Positions 1 to 12,700 of a stretch of DNA of 64,000 nt are shown here, in pieces. The position numbers and the translations under genes were made by a program. The DNA comes from Fibrobacterales bacterium. Lineage in GTDB: Bacteria > Fibrobacterota > Fibrobacteria > Fibrobacterales > JAOPTW01. The notes beneath the pieces were generated by a model. The model did not search any database. It was not told where the DNA came from and worked only from the letters and a program-made list of their open reading frames with translations. Position 1 is the stretch's first letter, and the number at the start of each line of letters is the position of its first letter. The DNA is taken from positions 153,064-217,063 of the forward strand of contig JAOPTX010000003.1 of assembly GCA_051532055.1 (NCBI GenBank), written 5' to 3'.

Positions 1-1
1 A

Positions 2-244
2 TTAACACTTGAGGAATACCAATCGGGAATAGGCTGGGTTTTTGTAGAAGAAAAAAATGTAGCAAATGAAGTATCGGATATATGGGGGTTGACCAGTTTC
101 CAGCCGACGACAGGTAAACATGGAATTATACAATTTCCTGTACAAATACAGCCAATTAATGAAATTAAATGGCGATTGAATGGTTCTCAATATGATATAC
201 CTGTGACCACAAACTCAATGAACACTTATAACTTAACTCAATAG
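2..244 (+). CDS. 3' end of an upstream gene cut by the window edge (hypothetical protein)
   Basis: Frame +2 is open from the window edge to TAG at 242-244 (own translation LTLEEYQSGIGWVFVEEKNV...NSMNTYNLTQ*). It ends 7 nt before the next same-strand start at 252. It is absent from the supplied track, presumably because it has no start codon. The antisense ORF 2..190 is probably its shadow. Confidence 0.4.
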   Translation, partial: LTLEEYQSGIGWVFVEEKNVANEVSDIWGLTSFQPTTGKHGIIQFPVQIQPINEIKWRLNGSQYDIPVTTNSMNTYNLTQ

Positions 245-251
245 GTAAAGT

Positions 252-728
252 ATGAAAATTTTATTAATTATGCTATTAAGTTTATTAGTTCCCTGTTTCT
301 CGAATAGTCAGGAATCTAAAAGCTTGGCATCCCTCATTGAGGCATTAGAGCTATCAGATAAAATGAAACAGGGTATGGAACTTCAACTTATTGAAACATT
401 GAAGAGCGTTAATGAGCCTAATCATAACGCTGTTGAAGAGGCCTATCAGTATATTAAATATGTTGATATTACGAGTGAATTTGTAGAAAGTTGGAAAGGT
501 AAATTCACGATTAATGAGATTCAAGAATTGGTCATTTTTTTCAAAACTAAAACAGGCAAGAAGTTATTCTATCAATTGCCCGAGATAAGATCCCACATGA
601 CAAATATTGGTAGTTTTTTAGGGCTTAAAGTATATGAAACATTAAATAAATACGACCCATCAAACTTTCCAATTAATGTAACAACATCAGAATATAAACA
701 AAAACTAAAAACACTTTTAAAAAGATAA
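252..728 (+). CDS. exported DUF2059-like protein
   Basis: N-terminal signal peptide (MKILLIMLLSLLVPCFSNSQ). The segment FTINEIQELVIFFKTKTGKKLFYQLPEI resembles the DUF2059 core (F-t-x-x-E-l-x-x-l-i-x-F-y-x-t-p-x-G-k-K-l). It abuts the giant gene directly. Confidence 0.6.
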   Translation: MKILLIMLLSLLVPCFSNSQESKSLASLIEALELSDKMKQGMELQLIETLKSVNEPNHNAVEEAYQYIKYVDITSEFVESWKGKFTINEIQELVIFFKTKTGKKLFYQLPEIRSHMTNIGSFLGLKVYETLNKYDPSNFPINVTTSEYKQKLKTLLKR

Positions 729-3700
729 TTGTCTATGAATGTAAATGCTCTTTATACAATCTTAATTCTTTTCATTTTTTCTATCAATGCGTACTCGGCC
801 TCTACTATAGGCAATTATGCGGAAATAGGTGATTATATAACTGTTTCGGAGTGGGGTGAGGTGTCTGCTTTGAATGCAGCAAAAACTAAACACTCTAATT
901 CATTTAACTACACCTGTTCTTTAGATGATAGTGAACGTGTAATATCACAGCCATACTTTTTTATTGAGGGAGGCTTTAAATATCTGTTTTTTTTCACTTA
1001 TGATGGGTCCAATAAATATGTGAGACTATATAATGCCACAACTCCAGGGAGTCTATTACCTGTTTTATCAAAAGAGGCTTTAGGCAATGGCCCTCATATT
1101 GTTATTGATACACACCTGTATATCTTTGATACTGATCATATTTCAGCATATACCTTAGCAGACCTTGCGAGTGGGGCTTTGAATGCTACTACAGTTACGG
1201 GGTATACATATTTAAGTCAAGCTCCAAATTTCTTTAAATATTATGAAAATGGCCAATTGGCTGATAAGTTTCAAATGAGTTATCCCAATGGTAAAATTGA
1301 AATATTCACCTTTTCAGATGCATTTACACTAGATGGAAAAAAGACCTATGGGGTAGATCTTGGAGTACGTTCTATTAAAAGTCGCCCAGAATATATTGTC
1401 GAAAAATCATCAAGTAATTCATACTTTGTGTCCATAGATAATTTAGGCGATATCATTACCACAAGTGCAGATGTTCAAGATGAAATTTGGCTTACAGAGC
1501 CATATAATAGTACATCTTTTGATGCAATTGATGTATACCCAGTTGGCGTTGATAACGAAGTTATTCAAATATTATCAAAGGATAATAAACTCTATAACTA
1601 TAACATTTCTTCCAATAAAATAATTGGACAAGAGCATACGTTTCTAATTGCTCCACAAGTAGTTAAAAACATAACAGGGAATACTATCAATTCTAGCACA
1701 ATCGAGTACTCTTCACCAAGCACTGCTTTTGCTTCATACACGTTTGGTGGGTTTAATAGACTTTGGGGGTATTTCCATCATGATGGCTCCTTTAGTTTAT
1801 CTCAATTTAAGGTGACTCCAGAAAAATATTCCCCCACTCTAAATGGACCTCTAATTACAAGTTTCCCCGCATCAGGAAATATAAATGTTACCTATGATCT
1901 TCTAATAAAAGATGCTGTTGGAACTATAGTTAAAACCTGGCCGAAGGCGCCCTTAGCATATGGACAGAATACAATAGATTGGGATGGAATTGACGATAAT
2001 GGAGTTGCAGCAGTCAGTAATAATTATATAATGTCTGCCTTATTTACTATTCCTGGTGGAACAACAGAGCAAGTGGATAAAAATTTCATTCTTGATAGAG
2101 ACCCTGTAACAGATGTTTCCTTAGATTTAATGAAAGGTATTCCAGATATTGAGGTAACAAGTCCTCAATTAGGATTAACAATTAATAATAACCGAGTATT
2201 TGTCTCTTCTATACATAAAATTAATCTTGATTTTTCAAATGTTATTGATGTTGCACCATTTACACAATCTGATCTCTCAGTTGAGCTAACATTACAAGAT
2301 ATAAATCAACCCGTTAAATCATATACCTATAGGTGGGATAAAACAACATTAAATCCTGTAACCCATAGTTTGACTTTAAATGGTAAAACACAAGGTGGCG
2401 TGAATATTCCTGATGGAATATATGATTTGAGTTATAAAGTCATTGATCAAGCAGGAAATGAGTCAACTCTACATTCAGGTTTTAAACTTGAAAATGATCC
2501 AAATCTATATGAAGGTATATATATACTACAAAATGATGTTTCAATTAGTGCAAGAGTTAATCCATTTTTTATTACCGCAAGCGATGCCTATACTGCTAAA
2601 GTTGATATAACGTTGACAGCCCCTCAAGATAAAGTGTATACATTAAATATGTATCTTATTGACGCCCAAGGCAACCAGCAAAGCCTTCCTGGTTTTGTTG
2701 CACAGCAAATCACGTTGTCTTCTGGTTCTGCTACCTATGCACAGACATTCGATTTCTCATCTATTACTCAAACGGGGATGAATCAAATAGTAATAGAGGT
2801 ACTTAATGAAACGTTTAATAAACAGGCAAAAAGTATTCCATTAATTCGTGACCGAATTGAGGCCACCATTATAAGCCCAGAGAATAATGAAACCATATCT
2901 CATAGGTTAGTTGAGATATCTGGTGTTGCAACGGCACCAACATTTGGAACAAAAAATTCAAATAGTATTACTTTTTATAAAGCATATTATTCAGAAGGTG
3001 CCCATACATTAAGTAGTTCGATTACGGAGAAATATAAATTATTCGAGAACATAGCTTGGAAGGCGTTGCCAGTACCATTAAGCCAACAGATTCGAAGTAC
3101 TGATCCTGTTTATAAGCAAATTAAACGGGAAATAGATGCAGAATTTCCAAATTCTAATATATCGGCAGTTGATGTTTCCACAAATGGTGTTTTAGCACTT
3201 TTTGAAAAAAACGAAATATTGAATCAGGAACAATTTACTGTCTTAATAATTTCATCTGAGTTGTTTTCTAATAAGTTGGATTCAGATGGTGATAATATTC
3301 CAGATGCAGTGGACAATTGTCCTTATTTAATTAATAGTGAGCAATTTGATTTGACTAATGATGGGATAGGTGATAAATGCCAGAGCCCTGTGAATAACCT
3401 TCTTGATTCTGATGGTGATGGAAAACTTGATATAGAAGATCTCTGTGTGTATCTAAGTACTGATGTAAAAAAAGATGATGATAATTCAGGACGGGGTGAT
3501 CAATGTGAGTTTATGAATTTACCTGATGATGATGGCGATGGGGTAGAAAATAGTATAGACAATTGTGTTTATCTACCAAATGAACCTCAAATGGATAATA
3601 ATAAAGATGGGATAGGTGATTTATGCCAAACAAATAGCGAAATATTTTCTTATGATTCTAAAGTTTTTAATTATGGCCCTTTTGAAAAAATAAATGCTGA

Positions 3701-6700
3701 ACTCATATTGATGGCAACTCAAGTTTCAAAAAATGTTGATCAGATGAGCCCAATAATCGTAAATCTTGACCCTAGTCATATTGATGCAGAACCAGAGTTC
3801 ACTCAATTGTCACTCACAGCTGATATTATTGGATTTACCACAGATATAGATATGACTGTAGTAAAAGGCCATGTTTCTGATGATAAAAATGGAGGTGAAA
3901 GCCATGAAGTTGTATTTGTACATCCTAAAGTTACGAACAGTACAGGCCCTGCTTCGCTTCTATTTTTGGGCAAAGACTATACTGATAGAACTGTTGATGA
4001 AGGAAACTACACTGCAATTATTGAAGCAAAAAGTAGTGAAATTGGTTTAATGAGACATTATTATCACTTTAGTGTGAGTATCCCTGAGCCTCCGACTAAT
4101 GATGATACACAACTACTTGTTGAACCAGGTCGTATACCTCTTGATTATACTGAAGGCTCCAAACCAAGAATTGATATTGAATTTGATATAAACAAAAAAT
4201 CAGATGTTAAAATTAAAATATTTCACAGTGCTGATTTAGTCAACCCAATCAGAAAATATTCTTTTACCAATAGCAGAACTGAACAATTATCATGGGATTT
4301 TTTAACTGAGCAAGGAGTATATATTGTTGATCAGTTAAATACTGATTCGCCTTTAGTTAATGAAAAAACTTTTGTAGTACAGCTCGTTAAAGGAACAGAT
4401 GTATTAGCAACCCAAAATGTAGTTATAGAAGAAGCAATACCTGAGATTACTTATGCACCAAGTATTTTGGAATACACTCCTAATGCTGCAGGAGTTTGGG
4501 AGGCGGGTATCCATTCAGGTTACAAATTTAAGGCACTCGCAAAAGGTGATCTTCAATTTATACCTAATAAAAATCTTAAACCGGGCATGGAGGTGAGTGC
4601 TAACCAAAAAGTAAGAGTATTTCCAGAAGTTCCTTATCGGATGACTTATTCAAAATACTATAATACTGCATCAATTTTTGCAAATTATGAAATAACTGCA
4701 GAGGGTAGACATGCTGGATATGGTGTATGTTGTTCGGGATCATGGACGTCGGAATTGGCAAAGGATAGTGAAAAAAATCTAATTAAAACTATCGATGGTA
4801 GTGGGCGCTTTGCTTCGACTAATGATGTGACTCCCCAATTTTCTAAAGACCCCAGTTATGTAGCAGGGGAATCAAGCCCTATCTGGTATGGTGATATTGA
4901 ACCATGGTTTGATCAAAGTCAACTGAGTTCTTATGATAAATGGTCTGAGTGCTTAGAGTTTCACCAAGAAGCGTTTGTTATGAACAAAAATAGTTTATCA
5001 ATTAATGAATTGTTATTCCAAGCACGTGTAATGGGGCAAGATGGAGAAGGTGATGATGCTTTTAAAGAAAGAAAAGGGTCGTTACAGCTAGGGGTTAATT
5101 TTGGAAAACTTAACGCTGGTTGTGGTCTAGATTTGGCGCAAGGATATCCAATACCACGATTAGAAAATGAAATGAAGACATGGGGAGCAGTAGGCTACGG
5201 TCCATTTTGGATGGTAAGATCAAATAATTGGAGTACCGACACGTATCATTCTCATAAATTTAATTATAGTAATTGGGATAGAGACGCTGGAGACCCACCA
5301 AGAAATCACGCGTTTTATCCCATGAAATATGTAAATGATTCAATTGACTTTACTCATCCTACCTTATATAAAAGAGATCTTATCATTGATGAACCAATAA
5401 GTTATCAAAATTATTTGAATTATTTGGATGGTGTTGCTGGGAATGATGAAACACTTTTACCTACAATCCCTGATGATTATCCTTGGGACGATGGTATATC
5501 ATTGGGTATGAGATTTGGAATGCGTGGATTTGCTTATACGCACAAAGATGATACTTATTTAAATGGTGGGTCGGGTAATGATGGCTTTACACATTTATTG
5601 CCTGTTATATACCCAAAGGATTTCATAGAAAACTACTATGTAATAGATCGACCTGATAAAGGAGAAACTTTAATTAATAAAATAGGCCATATGTATTGGT
5701 CCAATGAGCAGTTTAGTACCAATAACAGAGATAATATTGGAATATTCCCCATATTGAAAATTGACCTCTCAACTAAAGGGTATACGTGGGATGATATTGA
5801 AGTAGGTTATCCAATTGGTGATGGTACGGGTTTAAATATAGAAAGAAGAAATAATGAACCTGTTGTTGTTACCTATCGTAATGTCTACGAAGAGAGTGAA
5901 ATTGTCGGCAACGATATTGTTATGAGTGTACCTACAAATTTTCAATCAACAGGAGATGCTGCTGACGATGAAATACTCTGTTTTCCTATAAACCAGTGGA
6001 TTAGTGGGACAGAAGGTCTTTTTGAAGAGTTATTACGTAATGTGAAATCAAGAAGTGATGTCGTTCCACCCGATGAATACCCATATGTATTAAAAGAAAC
6101 GTTGCAATTTTCTGCAATTCGACCCTTATCAACCTATATCAATTATGATCAAACTATTGAAACATTGGACCCGAATGATTTTGCGCTCCATTTTAATGAA
6201 GATATTTTTTATAACTTCACCCAATCAGAGATTAATAATTCTGGGTGTCCCAATCCATCCCAATACTCATTAGATGATGTGGTTTATAAACTTACTAATA
6301 GAAATGCACCTATGACCGCTAATTATTGGAGTTCTAAAGATGATCCAGCTTTTGCTGTATATGATGGGTATCTCTATGGTTCAGGTAAATTTAACGAGCA
6401 TGGCTTCAAAACTCAACAAAATGCAATGTCAGAAAATGGTAATGGCTACCGAGGCCTTGTACAAGAGCTCATAAGTAATGTTAATGTAAACTTGGCAATC
6501 CCAACAGAGCAAGGGCCTCAAATTGTATCACCTTTTGTGAATAATAATGGAGCTGTAGAATTTAACTCAAATATTTTACCCTCAAGTCTTGAATGGGTTA
6601 TTGATGTATATCATCATGATGGGGAACAACTTAATGACGCTCTTGAAGTTAAGAATCAAAATGAGGAGGAAATGTTCAATCTAGGATTGGCACTTGATAT

Positions 6701-9700
6701 TACACCCAAGAATTTTGTTGAAATTAGAGGTGCTATACCTAATGCTATTCCTGTGGCTGAATCTGGTTTAAGTAATGATATACACTTTAAGTCTTATCAA
6801 CTTTTTGCTTATGTACCTGTAAAAGAAAAAAATGAAGCGGAAGAAAATTATTCAGAGGCTGAGTATCGATATGAACAAATCTCAGTAAATAAATACTTTC
6901 GGTCTGACCTAGCACTGGATAAATTTGAAGGTGATATCCTCCCACAACGAACGTTAGACTTATGGGACAACAGTGAAACTGGTTCAGTGAATCCCGTATT
7001 AGGATATTGGGATGTGACTCATTTAAATGGTCTTTATGATATTGTATTAAGGATTACGTATGTTGACAATAATAGTGGTAGTACCTATCTCGTAAAAAAA
7101 CCAATTAAAATACAAGTAGGAACAGAATTAGTTGCTGGACTAGAACCAGTAGTTCAGTCTACTTATAAACGTGCTGAATTAAATATGCCAGATGGCTCAT
7201 TTACTTCAGGAGATGTACTTTCAATGTATCCTGTTTCGTATAAGGATTTGTCATTGGGTGATGATTTACCTGATGTTAAACCAATTGGTCCAGTAATAGA
7301 AATTAAAACCACTGGTAGTACTAAAAAGTTCGAAGGTACATCGAAGCCGGTAATAACCTATCAATATAGTGCTCGTGAAATTTTTCAAATGAATGGTCGA
7401 TTGGCGGACTTTGAATTGTACAAAAGTACTAGCGACATCTCTGCATTACGAACTGAATTGCTCACATTTATTAGTACCTATAATGTCTATATGTTGAATG
7501 AAGAGGGGCAATTGGATGAAATGCCAACAATTGGAACACTATCTTCTCATGATTTACCTTCAGAGATTGAAGAACTATCAGTACTACTCACTGCGCCAGT
7601 TTCACACTTTTCTTGGGCTGTTGTGCTTGAAAGTTCAACTCTACCAACATTAACTCATGCCATTATCGAAGGTACGGATGTAATTGTAAAAGGTACGTAT
7701 GGGACACCTATAGTAGGTACCATTCCAACGGATTTGGAACTATATATTCATAAGTTCAATTCTCGTTCTGAGAGCCCAACATATATTAGAGGTATATGGA
7801 GTCCGGTGATCAACAAAACAGGTACTTTTGAATTAAGAATTCCTATTTCGGAATTCTATCCTGGTGATAATTATATATATGCGTCTTATGCAGTGCCAGC
7901 ACCTCAGGTAGCTCAAAATTCAGCTAAAATAAAAGTTGAGATCGAAACTGCACAATTACTAGTAGAAGATATTAAAGCGTACCCATCAGTTTTTGAACCC
8001 CATTGTGAAAAGAATAATTACTCGCTTTCATTTGCTGCGTCTAAATCAGGCATTGCAACACGGTATATACTTGATAACTTTGATAATGTAGTTTCTAAAG
8101 AAGTAGTTGCTATAGACTATGGTATTAATAGATTTAAATGGGATGGGTGTGTAGAGCAATCAACATTAAATTATGGTGAGTATTTAGTTAAATATATTTT
8201 TGAGGGTGCCGGCAGTCAAAACTTTGTCATGGGATTAAAGTTGACAGCATCTGATCAAATTAAATCCGTAAAGAGTATTAATGTAAAGTATTCGAGGTTT
8301 TTGCCTTCAGTCACAAATTCTCGACATTTACAGCACTTTAAAATTTATACACACGGTATTGATGCTGCTTCTGATTTAACCATTAATCTGAGTAGAGAAA
8401 GTGATGCCACTAGTTGGACGCTCACACCAGAATTATGGGAAACAAAAAACAATGAGTTTGTCTATCGTGCTACTTGGAACGGTCTCAATGGAAATACTAT
8501 TGAAGTAGATGATACCTACAAGGTAACTGTTAGCCATTCTACTCAAGGCGTGGTTACTCCATTAAAAAAGGAATTTGAATTATATAGCTCCATTCCCCCA
8601 AGTGTAGCTGTTACCCATAATTTTGGATCAGGTGATGTGCCAAGTACGGTACCAGCAATAGAAGTGCTCTTAACAAATAGTGTGAAAATGGGTGTTGTAC
8701 TTTGGTTAGAATACCTTAATGGTGATATTTTCTCAACTGAATTAGGCAAGAAAGGAACTGCAACAACAAGTGATCGCTATGACGTTGTAAATTCTGGTTC
8801 CAAAAGATATACTGTTAAAATGAAAAATAGCGAATTTCCAACAAGAATATTTGCACAATGGGAAACCGAAGAAGGAGAGTCTGGTTTAGTATCTTCTACA
8901 ATATCGGTAAATTATAATCCTGTTTTAACCGGGATCAATCATGGTAGCCTTGAGATTCAACCTCAAGTGTCTGATGTTTTTAGGTCACATTTTGAAAATA
9001 GAGGTCGGTTTACCGCATATAGCAGATCCACGTATGTTGAGTTTACGAGCTCTCGAGCTGGCGAGGTCCGGTATGTTGTAGAACGTAATGGACAAGTCTA
9101 TCGTAACGACAATTTAGCAATTAGAAGAGGACCGAATAAACTGTTTTGGGATGGAAAAGATGACCAAGGAAACTATGTACCTAAATCAGGGATATATACA
9201 ATTAAGGTCTTTACTCAACCAAGTGACCCAAGTGGTACTGAACAACTAGTTTCATCGTGTACTTATTCAGTTGATGTATATATTGTTCCAGATATAGCTA
9301 TATGCAAAAGTTCTGATCCGATATACACTCAAAATAAAATTACAGATCCCAATAGATTTGTAACTGGATTAATCACAAAATTATCTCAACCATTAGTTGG
9401 GATTACCAATGTTATGGAGTTATCACCCGAAGAAACAGTGGGGTATATGCAATATAATCCTAATGGAATGGTGGTGATTGTAAATGATATTACGCCAAAG
9501 GAGATATTTGATGGTACTCGAGATAATCCTCTATTTAGCTATATAAGGTCAGGCGGTAATGCAGTATTTATCAATTCTTTTCCATTTGCTCACTATGTAG
9601 ATCAATTCGGTAATATTCAAAGTAGCTTAGAACTTTCTCTACTCTTATTAGGTGAAAATGAACAGCAAGGACTTACAGCATTACAAGATAGAATGAATGC

Positions 9701-12700
9701 ATTGTATGCATTGTCTGAAGGTGTCACTCAGTTTGATGGGGCACAAGTTGATGACCTTTCTGCTGTGGTGACCAGCGGAATTTTGAATGCTGGGTTAATA
9801 GGTACAGGTGTACCTCAAAGCTACTTAGTTGAAAATGGTGGTTTGTTTAGTCCTCAATTATTTACTGATCAACAAACATTACCCAATGGTGCTCTCGAAA
9901 CATTTATTCATTCAGGTTACTTTAAGCCAAAGTTTAAAGCTACTGAATTACATAAATCTGGCGCATTTCTAATTATGCATCCATTTGGTTTTGTGATGGA
10001 TAATAGTACTGCAGGGATTCAAAAAGAACAAGAAGTTACTGAGGATGTAGCAAACTCAGTATACAGAAATTTCTTTGCAAATGATTTATATATCTTGTCT
10101 AGAGATGTGAAAATTACTCATAATGATGACAAAATTTTACATAGCGAATCTATTGATATATCAGTAACAATAAACTATAAGGGCAAACACACAATACCTT
10201 CAGTGGAGGTCGTGTTAACAGACCTCAATAACAGCAATTGGACTCAAACACTAAACTATTCTAATATATCTATGGGTAGCAGTGAATCTGAAAGAACACA
10301 AACTATCACCGTTCCAATAGATGCATTAGCAAGTTTTGATAGACATATAGTTACTGTAGATATTACACCGTTTTCTATTAATGTACCTCCTCTGGTGATT
10401 AATGAAGAAGTAGTGTATAATAATCAAACTCAGGCGGTGTATTATGTACAATCAAATATAGCGCCTACTCTTACTATTAATAATATTACTAGTGGATACT
10501 TTGATGGCTTAATCACAGGCCTCGCAACGGGGCTCCCATACGAAGTAAGTGGCTCAATTGTAAATAGTCACGGGCAAGGTGATATTAAGCTAACTACAAT
10601 TCTCAAAGATAATGCCGATAATGGTATTAAATTTTATAGTAGTACTCTTGTAACTACACCTAATTTTACACAAGAAGTATCACCAACTGTAGATCTAGAC
10701 CCTACACATAATTACTCAGTATCTATATCAGCCAAGGATAAATATGATAATCAAACAGATGTTGAATATCTTATCAATATTGATGGTGAACTACCCGTAA
10801 TTACCCAATTGACGTGTGACAATTCACATGTTACCAAAATATTTGGCACTGAAGCGGTACATTATGTCATTGATGATATTGCACGATTTACCTTTGAAGT
10901 ATCTGATAATTTAGGGTTAAAATCTTACACACTAAAACGAGGGCCTGCAGTATTAGTTGATGAGGTATTAAGTGGTGTAACTTCTGGCATTCAGACTTTT
11001 ACATTTCCTACAACTGAAGGAGACTTTACATTTATTACCACTGATAATGCTGGTAATGAAATGAAACGAAACTTCACTATAGTCAATGATGTGGAGAAAT
11101 CTGTGGTTCGTATTTTAAATGTTGGAAATACCTTAATGCATCAAGTCGTTGATGGTACCATAACAATTTCTGAGGATGCATTTATGTATGATGAACCTCT
11201 ATTTGAACATTTCCCATTAGTTGTGAGAGGAACAGATGAAGAAAATGAGTTTATTGAAACAGCACGAAATGATTTCGCTACTATTGGTGTAAATGTCGAT
11301 GAACTTCCAGGATTCAAAATTGGTGACTATAGTACTCATTTTATGCATACTACGACAAAGGCAATGTTCCTAATAGATATTTTTGAAGAACATTTAAATT
11401 CTGTAAAAGTGAAAATTAATGATGATCCAGCTGTTGATGCGAGTACTTTAGATCCATTTCAATCATTATTACCAGCCTCGATGCTCCCAATGTATACTAA
11501 TCATAAATATCATAGATATATTGAATTCGATGGGCTTATTGTAGGGGAAGAATATAACATTAAAGTCATGGTTGAGGATGAATCGGGTAATGTCACTACA
11601 ATAGATTTAAAGTTGGGTAATGCAATAAATAAATCTTATGTTGAAGACCCTCAAGGAGATAGAAGCTCTGCTATAGGTCCCGATTTTGGTGAAGTGTACG
11701 TTTCAACCGCTGAGCATACAGGATTTGGCTCACAAGAAGGTGGAGCATGGGTGTACTTTATGATTTATAGTTACAACAGTGACTTTGCTAACCAAATAAC
11801 TGACAACTATCTGTACATTGATGCTGATAAACTTGAAGTAACTGGCGCACAAGATGTAGGGAGAAACAGTCAAAACTTTGATGGGTTTGAATATCGAGTT
11901 ACATTTGGTTCTGTCGATGTACTTGATAGTGGAAAAGCTACAAATGTTACCCTTGAAGAATGGAATGGAACTGCTTGGGCTGCTTTAAGAGCTACAACAG
12001 AATGGAATGTAAATGCCTCTATACAAATAGATGCTAATCAAATTAATGATGTATGGACTCCACCACGTGGGGAGGGGCATCAGGTGACTCCATCAGATAA
12101 AATAGCGAAAGCACCAGGATCTGTTATAGAAATTGGGGTAAGATTAAATAACATGTATGCAAAAAATGACATCCGTTGGTTTTTAGATGGTGAGTATGAT
12201 GATGTATATAATACAAATACAACCCAGCCTTTCTTGTTTAAGTATATAACAGACGGGTCAAAATATATTGATGGTATCACTAAAGATTGGTATACCGATA
12301 CTCCATTTAATGCATTGAGATCAGATATACTTGTGAGTGCTAAACCTTCAGAAAAAGATATACCAATTCAAAACACATGGGAAGAACAGAAAATATCATT
12401 CTCTATTCTGAATAATGGTTTTACAGATGTTGGTAATGTTTCCTTACGCTATTTTATAAACCTTGGTGGTTGTACAGATGTACGAACATATTTAGATAAT
12501 GTTAATGAAACATTTTGGAAGATAACAACTGATGCCCCAATTCAGGCTAATACACTGGGTAGATATAAAGGATTAGATGATGATATCTATTTTGTTGAAT
12601 TGGAATTTATTACCCGTGTATTAACACCAGGTGCTGAGTTGAAAGGGATCCCTTACTTTACTCTTAAAGGGAATGGTTGTACGACTAGATTCGAAGATAA

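Noticed and set aside
2-190. 62-aa minus-strand ORF at the window start
   Set aside because: It lies entirely antisense to a + strand frame that is open from the edge to TAG 242-244. That frame fits the downstream operon in orientation and spacing. The minus-strand ORF is most likely a shadow ORF.
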